Shown: positions 62,201-64,000 of the stretch, piece after piece
How the letters are laid out: each line of letters opens with the position of its first letter
How positions within the stretch are numbered: the stretch's first letter is position 1
Source of the DNA: Phallusia mammillata
Taxonomy: Eukaryota
Direction of reading: 5' to 3'
DNA length: 64,000 bases
NCBI GenBank assembly: GCA_965637545.1
Contig: OZ281497.1
Span: 4,650,001 to 4,714,000, forward strand
Program-made: the position numbers and the translations under genes
Notes under the pieces: generated by a model
Told to the model about the DNA's origin: nothing
Database searches by the model: none
What the model saw: only the letters and a program-made list of their open reading frames with translations

Positions 62201-63752
62201 AGTCCAACATGTTTTTCTCAGTGATTTTTATTTTACCTGTGTATATAAATTCAACAATATCTGCAAGCCGTTCATGTGGAATCTGATGAATGTTGACAAT
62301 GCCTTCATAATTTTCTTTCAACTAAAAATGTGTCATGTTTTACACATAAGTCAAGTAGCACTTAGTATTTTATAGTAGTTTTTTTATTAGAAGTATAGAT
62401 AACTTGTATTTCATTTCATTAACAAAAAAAAACTGTAATACACTTCCAGCAAACTTAATATAAACCAGTGATGTACCGAATCGGCGAAATTTCGATTCGG
62501 CCGAAACCGAATATTCAGCAGTTTTGCCGAATAAATTCGGTTGAATCAACCGAATCATTTATGACGTCACACGAAGTCGTACGCTACGCGTTTGACATGA
62601 AAACATTAGTTCATCTACCAGGCAATTAGTGCGGAATAGTTTGATTCGTCCTCATTTCAGTTATGTGGGGTTTAACATAGCTTCAAGCATGATTTCTAAC
62701 CCGACAATAAGTTGCTAATTAGTTGTCTGCAGTTGGAAAAAACGATAATGTGTTAAAAATATATTAATTGACAGGATTTTCGTTGGCATTTAGCAGAAAA
62801 GACACGCTTAACGCTTAAAATGTGTGGTAGTAAAAGATTCAGTTTCGGCCGAATCGCAACAAATTATTCGGCCGAAACCGAATTTTTGCAAAAGTGGCCG
62901 ATTCGGCCGGCAAACCGAATATTCGGTACATCTCTAATATAAACGCACTTCAGTTTCAGTAGTAAACATCTTCTTGAAGTATTTTGATACAAGCATCATG
63001 ACATTTTTGTGAACAGGAAAATTATTCTTTTCAGATGAGAGTATTAGATCACAGGTTGAATCCCTTGCACTCCGATCTCTACAAAGCATCAAACTGTTGT
63101 AGAAGTTTAACTTTCTTCCTTCCAGGGCCTGAAACTATCCGACAGGGTTTCTTTTGGTGGTTTACTTTCCTGTCGAACCCTGCCCTTTATCCCTAAAATG
63201 GTAGGTTAATTTAAGAGTCCCCTTTTGCGAACCCCAGTCACATAATGCTTTATAATACATTGCAGTTGCAGCGCAGTCAGCCCTTATCCACCAAGTGTGT
63301 CCTTCACTGTTTTGCACTCAATAACATTTTATGTTGGGCAGCTATTTTATTTGCTTGGTGATTGTTTTAGTGGTATTGGTCGCAATGTTTACTTTTCACC
63401 ATGTGAAAACACTCAACTATGTGCCACAACAATTTTCTAAACATTTCTTGTGTGTTTGCCCATACAAACCGCTGTGGACCAACATAATTTAATTGACGCA
63501 CATGATTCAATTACTTACATGCTAAACTGAAAATTAAAAAAGGTCTATTGCTTTTGTTAATATTTTTATTTGGTTTACGAACAATAATTATAATTACCAA
63601 TATTTATTTGTGACGTCAAATAACAATGACAAAAAAGGAATATTATGTATGTTGCAAATAAAATCCAACACTTAATTTTTTTAAACTTACTTGCTTAGGA
63701 GTCGACCCAACCAAGCTTGATGAATAATCACATCTTTATCAGTACTTTCCAT
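59289..63752 (-). CDS. Kelch-like BTB-BACK-Kelch protein, paralog 3, ~545 aa; exons 63752-63691, 63078-62949, 62321-62168, 62100-61886, 61827-61684, 61605-61521, 61459-61368, 61298-61109, 60938-60792, 60353-60195, 59903-59759, 59403-59289
   Basis: Continuous frame; same 12-exon phase pattern as paralog 1; Kelch repeats such as LYCIGGHDGSKRLTSCERYDVRIGKW. Confidence 0.9.
62466..62936. mobile_element. hAT-type MITE in kelch-3 intron 2
   Basis: TIRs cagtgatgtaccgaat / attcggtacatctcta; perfect TSD atataaac; ccgaat/ttcggc subterminal repeats. Confidence 0.92.
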
Positions 63753-64000
63753 GTTCCAATATTTGTGTGGTGCTATTCAATTTTTTTGAAATAGTTACTT
63801 TAATCATGAAGCTTTTAAAAATAAGATCAGGGTAAGTGGTTTTAAAGTAATTATACCTAGATCTTGTATGATGTCAGATTGTTCAAGTCTTATCATGTGG
63901 GTTAGAGGTCACCAAACATCATGTGGGTTAGAGGTTACCAAACAGGTGGGTCTGGGGTCACCACATTTCTTTCTCTGCAGGTCACATTACTTCAGCAATA

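Overview
AT-rich, intron-rich animal genomic DNA. The short introns and TE mix would fit an invertebrate deuterostome such as an ascidian, but that is inference only. Host genes: (i) the last 8 exons of a TRPA1-like channel (+, 2-3031) whose C-terminal coiled coil is extended by a 21-nt (heptad) tandem repeat; (ii) a minus-strand cluster of three BTB-BACK-Kelch paralogs with shared intron positions. Two are intact 12-exon genes (35866-43552, 59289-63752). The middle one keeps BTB-BACK but has no visible Kelch exons. Orphan exons between the middle and left paralogs form an open frame that can splice into the first coding exon of the left paralog. The rest is repeat-dominated: a ~2.5-kb near-perfect inverted duplication (5725-13286); an older inverted duplication (13.7-26.2 kb) around a full-length Ty3/gypsy element with identical LTRs and a slippery heptamer plus predicted pseudoknot; a 5'-truncated CR1/L2-type LINE; a non-autonomous LTR element; a probable solo LTR; at least seven hAT-type MITEs with 8-bp TSDs; and a dispersed Helentron/HINE-like family carrying ~128-bp tandem arrays that switch orientation. 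Exon models and coordinates were read by eye and have no transcript support.
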